DNA of 64,000 bases, from assembly GCA_041666145.1 (NCBI GenBank), contig JBAYHK010000002.1, positions 64,260-128,259 of the forward strand, read 5' to 3'. A model generated the notes under the pieces. The model had not been told where the DNA came from and did no database searches. It saw nothing but the letters and a program-made list of their open reading frames with translations. Position 1 is the stretch's first letter; each line of letters begins with the position of its first letter. Source of the DNA: Patescibacteria group bacterium (GTDB taxonomy: Bacteria; Patescibacteriota; Patescibacteriia; UBA9934). Positions 19,322-27,970 of the stretch are shown here, in pieces. Made by a program: the position numbers and the translations under genes.

Positions 19322-20617
19322 ATGTTTCTCTGCACCCACTGCGACGCACAATCACTGAAATGGGCGGGACGGTGTATTGAGTGTGGACAATGGGGCACGG
19401 TTGTCGATGAGGTACAAGCGCCGAGATCGGCGAATGGGAATGGAAAGAAGAAGTCGAAAAGCGCACCAGCGGCAACGCTCGATCTTGCCAATGCGACGTC
19501 GGCAAATCTTACGCGTCAGCTTACTGGAATTTCTGAACTTGATAGGGTGCTTGGTGGCGGACTTGTTCCAGGGTCGGTTACGCTTCTTGCTGGTGAACCT
19601 GGAATTGGAAAGTCAACGCTTGTTGCACAGCTCGCTGCAGGATTTCGGGCAAATGATAAAAAGGCGTATTACGCTTCTGGTGAAGAATCAGAAGGGCAAG
19701 TCCGACTTCGTTTTGAGCGACTGTGCTTAGACCCAAAGTCGGTTATCTTTTCGAATGCTACAGAAACAGGATCGATTATTGCTGCTGCAGAAAAGATAAA
19801 GCCGAGCATTGTTATTGTTGATTCAATTCAAACCATGATGACAGACGGCGCAGACTCTTTTCCTGGCACACCAACTGCGGTTCGCGCCGCAACTGCAGAG
19901 CTCATCGGCTACGCAAAAGCATCGAATGTGCCCGTACTCATCATCGGCCAAGTCACAAAAGATGGGGTCGTTGCTGGTCCAAAGACTCTTGAGCACCTTG
20001 TCGACACTGTCCTTACTCTTGAAGGCGACACTGCCGGAGCGTATCGACTGCTTCGTGCAAGCAAACATCGATTTGGAAGCATTGAAGAGGTTGGCGTGTT
20101 TGCAATGAGTGAAAAAGGCATGACACCAGTCGAAAATCCTTCTGCAATGTTTTTACAAGAACGAGTTGTTGCGCCAGGATCTGTAGTCACATGCATCATG
20201 GAAGGCAACAGGCCGTTTCTCGTAGAAATCCAAGCGCTCGTGGATAAAAGCTTTTTTCCAAATCCTGTGCGCCGAACGAGTGGATATGACGCCGGACGGC
20301 TACAAATGCTCCTTGCCATTTTGAGCAAACGAGCAAACGTTCGTGTGTACGATCAAGATGTTTACGTGAACATCGTCGGCGGCATGAAACTCACCGAACC
20401 TTCTGCAGATCTTGCAGTTGCTGCAGCGATTATTTCCGCAATAGAAAATGTTGCATTCTCAAAAGACACACTCATCATTGGCGAGCTTGGACTTGGAGGT
20501 GAAGTGCGATCAGTTCCGTTCATCGAACGCAGAAAAAAAGAGGCGGAACGACTGGGATTTGGAACGATCGTTGGCCCTGGATCAATAAAGAATGTGCAGG
20601 AGCTGCGGAAATCGTAA
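19322..20617 (+). CDS. radA: DNA repair protein RadA/Sms
   Basis: C4 zinc finger, GEPGIGKST, AGPKTLEHLVD, KHRFG and a Lon-like C-terminus. Confidence 0.97.
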   Translation: MFLCTHCDAQSLKWAGRCIECGQWGTVVDEVQAPRSANGNGKKKSKSAPAATLDLANATSANLTRQLTGISELDRVLGGGLVPGSVTLLAGEPGIGKSTLVAQLAAGFRANDKKAYYASGEESEGQVRLRFERLCLDPKSVIFSNATETGSIIAAAEKIKPSIVIVDSIQTMMTDGADSFPGTPTAVRAATAELIGYAKASNVPVLIIGQVTKDGVVAGPKTLEHLVDTVLTLEGDTAGAYRLLRASKHRFGSIEEVGVFAMSEKGMTPVENPSAMFLQERVVAPGSVVTCIMEGNRPFLVEIQALVDKSFFPNPVRRTSGYDAGRLQMLLAILSKRANVRVYDQDVYVNIVGGMKLTEPSADLAVAAAIISAIENVAFSKDTLIIGELGLGGEVRSVPFIERRKKEAERLGFGTIVGPGSIKNVQELRKS

Positions 20618-20632
20618 TCGAATCATAATAGA

Positions 20633-20663
20633 AAAATCCCGAGCATGAATGCTCGGGATTTTT
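20633..20663. terminator. Bidirectional terminator
   Basis: AAAATCCCGAGCAT-gaa-TGCTCGGGATTTT between convergent genes. Confidence 0.85.
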
Positions 20664-20668
20664 GTTAC

Positions 20669-21061
20669 TTATGCAATTCTCGCCCAACGTTCCAGTCGGC
20701 TCACGCGTCGATCAAGAACATCGATCTGCGGAAGAACACCTGCGTTGATGACATCGATAATGTCATCACGAACCTGATAAAGCTCTCCATGCATCTTCGT
20801 GAAGATCTCATCACGAAGCTGAAAAATTTCACTGTGCATCTTTTCAAAGATCTCATCACGAAACCCGACAAACTTATTATCAACGATCTCAAGAATCTCC
20901 TCACGAAATATGCCAAACTTCTGATCTAGTTTCTGGTCCAATTTCTGGTCCAGCTTCTGCTCGAGCTTTTGCTCAAGTTTCTGCTCGAGACGTTGCTCTA
21001 TGCGCACATCCTGCTCTGCAAACATGTCTTGTAACACCTGAATATCTTTGGCATCAAGCAT
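20669..21061 (-). CDS. Small repeat-containing coiled-coil protein (paralog family with 55954 and 56956)
   Basis: (L-E/D-Q-K)x6 tandem repeats and a 15-aa repeat; C-terminus I.....LPQI...DR....L......A is shared with the paralogs. Confidence 0.75.
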   Translation of the reverse strand: MLDAKDIQVLQDMFAEQDVRIEQRLEQKLEQKLEQKLDQKLDQKLDQKFGIFREEILEIVDNKFVGFRDEIFEKMHSEIFQLRDEIFTKMHGELYQVRDDIIDVINAGVLPQIDVLDRRVSRLERWARIA

Positions 21062-21200
21062 ATATTTTGATGCTATGCGAACCACCGCCGTCTCCCCTCA
21101 CGTGCGTGTCGCTGGAATGAATCCGTAACCGTGGAGATGGTTCGAATGTAACATGAAAAGTTTTTATGAGCCAACAGCATTTTTACTCCGTAAAAAGCAT

Positions 21201-23276
21201 CTATTCGAAGTGCACCGCGTCAACATATTCTACTAAGCGAGCACGAAGATCTGGGTATGCCAGAAGATCTGGACTCTCATCAAGAAGCTCCTTCGCGAAA
21301 TCTTTTGCAAAGCCCATAAGATCAATATCACCCATAGTGCCGAGCTTGAACTGGTCAAAACCGGACTGTTCTGTTCCGAAAATATTTCCCGCACCTCTCA
21401 GTTGCAAATCTTTTTCCGCAAGGTCAAAACCGTCTTGACTGTCAACGACCGCCTGCAATCGCATTCGTGCGATCTCCCCCAAAATTCCAGTCGGATGCAA
21501 GAAACAATGGCTTTGATATGCGCCACGTCCAACACGACCGCGAAGCTGGTGAAGCTGTGCCAAACCAAAACGCTCTGCACCTTCCACATACATCACGCTC
21601 GCATTCTGCACATCCACGCCAACCTCGACTACAGTGGTAGAAATAAGCATATCTGCTTCCCCACCGGCGAATGCGCGCATGACGTCATCCTTTTCTTTGG
21701 TCTTCATTCTCCCGTGCAACATGAGCACGCGATAATCTTTAAACGGACCGGTTACGAATTCTTTATGAACATCATGAACCGAATTTGCTCCTAACGCGTC
21801 AGACTCTTCAATTAAAGGACAAACAACGAAAATCTGACGCCCCTGATCCATCTGCTCACGCATGGCTGCATAAATCGGCGTCTCTTTGCCAGGCTCTACG
21901 ATTGTGGTGTGAATCGGTTTTCGACCAGCTGGATACTCATCTAAAATCGAACGATCAAGGTCGCCATACAACACGAGCGCTAATGATCGCGGAATCGGCG
22001 TAGCGGTCATCGAGAGAAGATGCGGAACACCGTCTTGTTCGTCACGCTTATCCTTTAGTGCCTGACGCTGTCGCACGCCAAAGCGATGTTGCTCATCAAC
22101 AACAATGAGACCAAGACGATCGAATAAAACATCCTGAGTTAACAGAGCATGTGTTCCAACGACAAGTTGTGCTGCACCATTTCGAAGTGCCGAAAGAAGC
22201 TGCGCCTTAGTAACTTCCTTTCCGCCGACACGTCGCTTTGTTCGCGTATAAAGCGCAATAGTCAATCTGTCACCGAAAAGCTTCTGCAATGTTTGCGCGT
22301 GCTGTTCTGCAAGAATTTCTGTTGGCGCAAGCATTGCGGTTTGCCAACCGTCTTTTGCTGCATTCAAGGCGACGACCGCGGCGACGACCGTTTTTCCGCT
22401 TCCCACGTCACCCTCAAGCAACCGGTTCATTGGCTCTGGACGATTCATGTCTTTAATAATCGCCCAAATCGCCTTCTTCTGCGCACCAGTCAACGTAAAC
22501 GGCAATTTTTTTACAACATCACGAACAATCTCTTCAAAAAATGGAATCTTTGGCGCCTTTTGCTGCTTAAGTTCACGACGACTTTTTGCGGCAAGAAGCT
22601 GATGCAGGAAAAACTCATCAAACTTCAATCGACGAAGCGCAACGTCTTTTGCCTCTTCTGACCGCGGAAAGTGCATTTCCGTAATTGCTTCTGGCAACCC
22701 AATCAAATCTACTTCGTTCAAAATACGCCCAGGCATCCAATCCTCGACCTCTTTTACTGTCGAAAGTGCAGCTTCTGCCACCTTTCGTCGAAGCTTTTGA
22801 GTAAGCGCGCCAGTCAACCGATAAATCGGAACAATCCGACCAGTATGTTTTGTAACGTCGGCCTTTCCAAGAATCTCATACACCGGGTTCACCAAAGAAA
22901 GCCCATATCGATCGTCTACTTTTCCAGCTAATGAAACAACCTGACCAGGCTTAAGAACTCGTTTCAAAAATCCTTGATGAAACCAAACCGCCTTAATCGT
23001 TCCAGTGCTGTCTTGCACAAGGGCTTCAGTCACCATCATGCGTAAAGCCTTTTGACTACGACGATTTTCAATTGCCGTAACGGTTCCTTGCACGGTTACT
23101 TTTGCGCCCGGCTTTGCGTCAACAATCGGCACAGCATGCGACAAATCGTCATACCGAAAAGGAAAATCAAAAAGCGCATCTTGCAATGAAGCAACGCCAA
23201 TTCGAACAAAATCTTTTGCCTTTGTTGCGCCAATCCCCGCAATGCTCCCAACAGAATCTTTGAGATGAAATGTCAT
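21201..23276 (-). CDS. recG: ATP-dependent DNA helicase RecG
   Basis: Wedge OB domain; GDVGSGKT, DEQHRFGV, MTATPIPRS and QLHQLRGRVGRG motifs. Confidence 0.98.
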   Translation of the reverse strand: MTFHLKDSVGSIAGIGATKAKDFVRIGVASLQDALFDFPFRYDDLSHAVPIVDAKPGAKVTVQGTVTAIENRRSQKALRMMVTEALVQDSTGTIKAVWFHQGFLKRVLKPGQVVSLAGKVDDRYGLSLVNPVYEILGKADVTKHTGRIVPIYRLTGALTQKLRRKVAEAALSTVKEVEDWMPGRILNEVDLIGLPEAITEMHFPRSEEAKDVALRRLKFDEFFLHQLLAAKSRRELKQQKAPKIPFFEEIVRDVVKKLPFTLTGAQKKAIWAIIKDMNRPEPMNRLLEGDVGSGKTVVAAVVALNAAKDGWQTAMLAPTEILAEQHAQTLQKLFGDRLTIALYTRTKRRVGGKEVTKAQLLSALRNGAAQLVVGTHALLTQDVLFDRLGLIVVDEQHRFGVRQRQALKDKRDEQDGVPHLLSMTATPIPRSLALVLYGDLDRSILDEYPAGRKPIHTTIVEPGKETPIYAAMREQMDQGRQIFVVCPLIEESDALGANSVHDVHKEFVTGPFKDYRVLMLHGRMKTKEKDDVMRAFAGGEADMLISTTVVEVGVDVQNASVMYVEGAERFGLAQLHQLRGRVGRGAYQSHCFLHPTGILGEIARMRLQAVVDSQDGFDLAEKDLQLRGAGNIFGTEQSGFDQFKLGTMGDIDLMGFAKDFAKELLDESPDLLAYPDLRARLVEYVDAVHFE

Positions 23277-23423
23277 ACGATTCAACGGAGTCTACCAGAA
23301 TGACGGGAAAAAGCAATGACGAAATGCCAGCCAAGGCTGTACAAAAATCAAGAAAAAGGCTATCCTAGTTCGTCGTCATCCGGCGACCGAGACAGTCTCG
23401 TTTCACTTCCGATGGAGCACGCA

Positions 23424-23999
23424 ATGTTCTTTTCTATCCTCCTGGTTTCTCTTCTCTTTCATTCCGCCGATGCAGCAGATAGTCAACTTCAGCCGCAAGT
23501 TGCGGTGAGCGCGCAAGGCAGCCACGAACTGAGAAAGGACGTCACCCTTCGCGGCTCCGGCCACGCCTTCTGGGTTCCTCAGGAAGCCGGCACCGATGAC
23601 GCTGTCATCGGCATGGTCTACGTCGGACCAAAGTTCATGATGAATGATCACTATTCGATCGCGCCCCAGCTCGGTGCCATCGTGAACTGGACCGGCGAAG
23701 GCGATGTCATGCCGATCGTCTCCGCGTGGAACTGGATCGATGTCAAGCACTTTCACGCCTTCATCGAGGCTGAAATCTATCCGAACTTCACAACCGGCGA
23801 CGTCGTCTACTACGGATTCTACGGTCTCGACTACGACCGCCTCCGACTCGTGTGGATTGGCGTGCATCTCGAACAAGTCGGAACGGGCTTGAACGTCGGA
23901 CCCCACATCGGAATCCCGCTCGGAAATGTGCAGGTTCAGGTGAACTACCACAGAGGCCAGGATGGTTCTGACACCATCCGTCTCGGTTTCAACCTCTAA
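23424..23999 (+). CDS. Secreted beta-strand-rich protein, outer-membrane beta-barrel-like
   Basis: GGAG SD; signal peptide ending ADA; alternating hydrophobic strands; ends IRLGFNL; C-ending codons. Confidence 0.6.
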   Translation: MFFSILLVSLLFHSADAADSQLQPQVAVSAQGSHELRKDVTLRGSGHAFWVPQEAGTDDAVIGMVYVGPKFMMNDHYSIAPQLGAIVNWTGEGDVMPIVSAWNWIDVKHFHAFIEAEIYPNFTTGDVVYYGFYGLDYDRLRLVWIGVHLEQVGTGLNVGPHIGIPLGNVQVQVNYHRGQDGSDTIRLGFNL

Positions 24000-24002
24000 C
24001 GC

Positions 24003-24048
24003 GACCCCGCCCGCAGAACGATCCCGCTCGTTCACGGCGGGGTCTTTT
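24003..24048 (+). terminator. Terminator hairpin
   Basis: GACCCCGCC...GGCGGGGTC followed by TTTTG. Confidence 0.7.
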
Positions 24049-24146
24049 GTTTGAATGAAAACAAACTTGGTTAGCCGCTAACTAAGTTAGTGGTTCGAAA
24101 AGACCTACGAATAAAGACGAAAATAAAACCGCTTTATTCGCGACGA

Positions 24147-24411
24147 ATTTCGGCGCACGTCAAGCAAAGTCCGCGAAACGTACTTCTTGGTACGTTGAGG
24201 AAGTTTCCGATAATCGGAGTCGAAATAGAAAAACGTGAAGAATTATAAAACGTCGTCATTTGTGACAAGTTTGGTTGAAAAGCCGAACGAAAAACATCGT
24301 AATTTTAGGCTAGTTTCGATGACGATTGAAGAAATCTTCCAAGACGTACCAGATGTACGTTGAGGAAGTTTCTGAAAATCGGAGTCGAAAATAGACAAAA
24401 TTACGATGTTT
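24147..24411. repeat. Two related long palindromic elements with a central CGTAC-N5/6-GTACG hairpin
   Basis: 40-nt segments 24190-24229 and 24355-24394 are 38/40 identical; the second element has perfect 16-bp arms at 24291-24306 and 24396-24411. Confidence 0.8.
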
Positions 24412-24414
24412 TTC

Positions 24415-24491
24415 TGGTGCGCCCGGCACGACTCGAACGTACGACCCTCAGCTCCGCAAGCTGATGCTCTATCCAACTGAGCTACGGGCGC
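24415..24491 (-). tRNA. tRNA-Arg(GCG)
   Basis: GCGCCCGTAGCTCAGTTGGATAGAGCA-TCAGC-TTGCGGA-GCTGA-GGGTCGTACGTTCGAGTCGTGCCGGGCGCACCA; CCA is encoded. Confidence 0.95.
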
Positions 24492-24528
24492 ACAAAATGT
24501 ATCCAAGTTGGTTTACTACAGCGTCGCT

Positions 24529-24584
24529 GCTGCGACCCTCGCTCGCCGTACAAATGAAGTACGGCTCGCTGCGGGTCTTGCAGC
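24529..24584. repeat. Palindromic element with central GCCGTAC-N7-GTACGGC
   Basis: GCTGCGACCC...GGGTCTTGCAGC outer arms. Confidence 0.6.
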
Positions 24585-24769
24585 TCCTTGTATTAAACCA
24601 ACTTAATACATTTTGTACTCTTCACGTTATGATGAAAAATCATCTCTGTACTTGATTCGATATGAAAATCGATCTTGTCGCAGACGAAATCTCAGAGTGA
24701 AGGGACTTGTTTCGTTTCTTTTTGCGGATTCTGGCAGGGACCAAAAAAACAAAAAACGTTACAAAATAC

Positions 24770-25297
24770 TCACATTTTATACACGCGACGAAGCACATCT
24801 GTCAAACTCTCCCCTTCTCGCTCAAGGTTTTCAAAAATAAAAGGTAAAAGGATCTGTCGCACCTCATTTGGATTCAACTCCTCAAGCGCAACAGAAAGCA
24901 TTGGCTGAAAAGTCCCATGAAACGATAAATACAAATTGTTCACTGTTGGAGGGTCGTACGACAACGAAAAATCTCGAATATCTTCAAATGCAAAAAACTG
25001 ATCACCAAAAACAAAGCCCTTTGACGTAATATGAACGGAAACTCGATTAGGTTTCTTGAGATCTTGAATGAGCGTGATGATTGCGAACATGAGAACGATG
25101 ACTCCGAAAATGAAGTTCGCAGTAAAAACTGCATACAAAATAAGAAATAAACCAACAACAGAAGCGGCGATATACCAACGCTTTGAACGTTCAACAATGG
25201 GAAACTCCCAAGATTCCCAACTCATCATGGGTACTCCAGCATCAATAACTTCTTCGTCAGTCTGTTCGACTTCTTGATTTTCATTTTGCGTTGACAT
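24770..25297 (-). CDS. Hypothetical two-TM membrane protein with a PH-like C-domain
   Basis: W...EF...ERSKRWY motif and two TMs; TGGTATACT 6 nt before ATG 25297. Confidence 0.75.
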   Translation of the reverse strand: MSTQNENQEVEQTDEEVIDAGVPMMSWESWEFPIVERSKRWYIAASVVGLFLILYAVFTANFIFGVIVLMFAIITLIQDLKKPNRVSVHITSKGFVFGDQFFAFEDIRDFSLSYDPPTVNNLYLSFHGTFQPMLSVALEELNPNEVRQILLPFIFENLEREGESLTDVLRRVYKM

Positions 25298-25388
25298 GCC
25301 ACGAGTATACCACCGGCAATAACACCTAAAATTGCCATTCTCCCAAATTTGCGATAATCTATTCGCGCACTTAAACAAGAAAAGAAGA

Positions 25389-25510
25389 GAACGTTCTCGG
25401 TTTCGGCCAGTTTCGACGCGCGACGATAATTGGGTTATCAAGGCGTACCCAAATGTACGCCGTCAACACAATTGAGGAGCAAGTCGAAAATGGACAAACC
25501 GAGGACGTTC
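25389..25510. repeat. Long palindromic element directly upstream of tRNA-Ser
   Basis: GAACGTTCTCGGTTT...AAACCGAGGACGTTC arms; inner TTTCGAC/GTCGAAA and GGCGTAC-N6-GTACGCC. Confidence 0.7.
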
Positions 25511-25515
25511 TCTAT

Positions 25516-25605
25516 GGAGAGGTGGCCGAGTGGTCGAAGGCACCACACTGCTAACGTGGCAGGGGGTAAAACCCCTCGAGAGTTCGAATCTCTCCCTCTC
25601 CGCCA
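25516..25605 (+). tRNA. tRNA-Ser(GCT)
   Basis: GGAGAGGTGGCCGAGTGG...CT-GCT-AA loop, long variable arm, GTTCGAATC...CTCTCCGCCA. Confidence 0.93.
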
Positions 25606-25705
25606 TCCCCCGTCGCCCGACTTTGTCGGGCTATGGGGGATGATCCCCCGAAGCTCCGAGCACGAACAAAAAACGAAAAATTTAGTTCATAGGGCTTTAA
25701 ATTTT

Positions 25706-26419
25706 ATGACTCAATTAAACTATCTTTTGGATACCCATCTCTTTGAATCAGAATCTGTCTTTTTAGAAATTAAGGAAAACGGAAAAGGCAAAGCTGTTAT
25801 TTTAGATGAAACAATTTTTTACCCGCAAGGCGGTGGTCAACCGGCTGATCAGGGGACAATAAGTGATGGTCAAGCAGTTTTTAACGTAAATGATGTCAGG
25901 ATCGATGAAGAAGGAGTGGTTTGGCATTACGGATATTTTGATGGTTCAGAATTTAAAAAAGGAGCAAAAGTTCGTCTAACGCTTGATGTCGAAAGAAGAC
26001 TACTAAATTCAAAATTACATTCAGCTGGACATCTTATTGATTGCGCCATTGAAAAAATGGGGCTTTTAGAAAAATTACCGCCAGGAAAGGCCTTTCAATT
26101 TCCACCGACACCCTATATTGAATATGACGGCGTCGTGGAGGATCTTTCTGATCGAACCGTTGAAATACAAAAAATTGTAGACGAATTTATTTCTAAAAAT
26201 ATCCCAGTTAAAGCCGAGATAATAACCCCAGAAGATGCTCAAAATCGTGGTATTTATGCTCCTAAAGGTAAACCGGCTCGCATCGTTACCTTTGAAGGAT
26301 TTTTGGATTCTGGCTGTGGGGGAACACACGTAAGTAATTCGTCCGAAATTGGAAAAATTGAAATTTCAAAAATTAAAATAAAAGATGGAAAAACTAAAAT
26401 TTATTTTTTGGTTAATTAA
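25706..26419 (+). CDS. Alanyl-tRNA editing protein (AlaX, medium form)
   Basis: LDETIFYPQGGGQPADQG, HSAGH and CGGTH motifs; AT-rich; start reset because the track start lies upstream of the tRNA. Confidence 0.9.
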   Translation: MTQLNYLLDTHLFESESVFLEIKENGKGKAVILDETIFYPQGGGQPADQGTISDGQAVFNVNDVRIDEEGVVWHYGYFDGSEFKKGAKVRLTLDVERRLLNSKLHSAGHLIDCAIEKMGLLEKLPPGKAFQFPPTPYIEYDGVVEDLSDRTVEIQKIVDEFISKNIPVKAEIITPEDAQNRGIYAPKGKPARIVTFEGFLDSGCGGTHVSNSSEIGKIEISKIKIKDGKTKIYFLVN

Positions 26420-26598
26420 TGAAGTTTTGTCTATATAAAATAAAACAACTTGTTTCCTAGACTTGACCCACCCGCCTCAAATTTGGCATTGAACAAATCT
26501 CTCAAAATTCTCGATAACATATTCACACGATGTACTGAACGTGTACACACCATCACATAAAAGCAACCCACATGGTCGCTTTTATGCTAAAAATAAGT

Positions 26599-27015
26599 AT
26601 GTACATATTCAAAACGCTGATAACGAAATCAGGAATTGAGGGATCTGGTGTTTTTGCAGATCAAGACATTCCAAAAGAAAGTATCGTTTGGAAATTCGAT
26701 CCTGATCATGATCTAACGCTATCTCTTGAAGATTTCGAAAAACTTAGTCCAGGGATAAAGGCGGAAGTTCGTAAGGTCGGATACGCCTCACCAACATCTG
26801 GTCGGTGGGTCTATCCACCAAAAAATGACCCAGCTCGCTACACGAATCACTCCGAGACTTCAAACAACCTTTCCGTAGTGCTCGATCCTAACATTTCAAA
26901 TGAACCATTCTTCACAGCGAATAAAGAAATCGCGAAGGGTACGGAGCTTACCGTAAACTACAAAGAGTTTGACGATTCCATAAAGCATGCGATACCAGAC
27001 TGGATGCAGCAATAG
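26599..27015 (+). CDS. SET-domain protein (putative lysine methyltransferase)
   Basis: SGIEGSGVFA, ARYTNHS and IAKGTELTVNY motifs. Confidence 0.88.
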   Translation: MYIFKTLITKSGIEGSGVFADQDIPKESIVWKFDPDHDLTLSLEDFEKLSPGIKAEVRKVGYASPTSGRWVYPPKNDPARYTNHSETSNNLSVVLDPNISNEPFFTANKEIAKGTELTVNYKEFDDSIKHAIPDWMQQ

Positions 27016-27110
27016 CGCCCCGACCCACACGCCTTAAAACCGTAAAACCAAAGTCGTTGAAAACCACTTCAAAGATCCTCGCAATCTCGGCACTAAACCC
27101 ACTAGTCCCG

Positions 27111-27147
27111 CCATAAAAATACAACCCTGATAGGTTGTATTTTATGG
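27111..27147. terminator. Bidirectional terminator
   Basis: TAAAAATACAACC-ctgata-GGTTGTATTTTA hairpin. Confidence 0.7.
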
Positions 27148-27194
27148 TGTAATAAAGCTCAAAAAAACAAAATTAGTCCAAATGCAAATCTTTT

Positions 27195-27932
27195 CTATTC
27201 CTCCAGAGTCCCGTCATCCCTCACAACATATACAGGCAAACCTTTCGCCAGTCTGTCTAACGTTACATCAAGTTGTCTTTGCGCAGACTTCTGAATACAT
27301 TGATACAACTCATCGGAATCTACCGATAATCCTTCCGCGAGTACTCTTGAAAGAATCGCCAAAACGTCCACCCATGCTGCTTTATGAAAAACGAACACTT
27401 GCACACCGTTAGAACCAGTGCCAGGAAGTGCCACCCCCACTGGAACAATGAATACTGCACTTTCTGAATGAACACCGGTAAGTATTTCTGTCTTCAATCC
27501 AAAACGATCTATCTCCAGCCTAAGTTGTAATACATATTTATCAATTCCGTATCTTTCTGGCTCAGCAAGAGCACCGGCGCAATGACCACATCCTGCGCAT
27601 GGCAAAGAGTCATGAGTATGATCATCCGTGTGATACGTCATGACAGGAAACACAGTGCTTACAGCCTTTTGTACCAAATCAAAATCTGGTAATGGACGTT
27701 GTGTTTGTTTGGCCCACGCCTCTACACCAGCAAGAACTGCAAAAAGAAAACCCAACGTTCCCCCAGGAGCTGCATAACGATGGTCAGGTCCAACTACACG
27801 TCCATCCACACATCGCCAGCCATCAACATCAATAATTAAAAACCGATTCTCTGGAGCTAAAATCTCACAATTCTCCTGCAGAAAAAGAATGGCATCTTCA
27901 TAACTCATGCATCTTCGGTCAACTGTATCCAT
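27195..27932 (-). CDS. Putative zeta-class (CDCA-like) carbonic anhydrase / Cys-His-Cys metalloenzyme
   Basis: WRCVDGR...PGG...YHTD...GCGH motif set; AAGGAG SD; 38 nt downstream of znuB. Confidence 0.6.
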   Translation of the reverse strand: MDTVDRRCMSYEDAILFLQENCEILAPENRFLIIDVDGWRCVDGRVVGPDHRYAAPGGTLGFLFAVLAGVEAWAKQTQRPLPDFDLVQKAVSTVFPVMTYHTDDHTHDSLPCAGCGHCAGALAEPERYGIDKYVLQLRLEIDRFGLKTEILTGVHSESAVFIVPVGVALPGTGSNGVQVFVFHKAAWVDVLAILSRVLAEGLSVDSDELYQCIQKSAQRQLDVTLDRLAKGLPVYVVRDDGTLEE

Positions 27933-27970
27933 ATCGAAAAACTCCTTTAATGAATCTCACGTGTCACTCC

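Noticed and set aside
24147-24411. CRISPR array or hammerhead ribozyme (TTGAGGA...GAAA)
   Set aside because: Only two repeat copies, no regular spacers and no cas genes; the hammerhead core CUGANGA and three-stem junction are not properly formed.
25430-25705. N-terminal extension of AlaX in the ORF track
   Set aside because: It reads through a palindromic element and tRNA-Ser; the likely start is ATG 25706.
27020-27113. Degenerate tRNA-Ser(TGA) or a defined attR site
   Set aside because: Only TTGAAAACC and a CCGCCA end resemble a tRNA; there is no cloverleaf and the match is too short to call.
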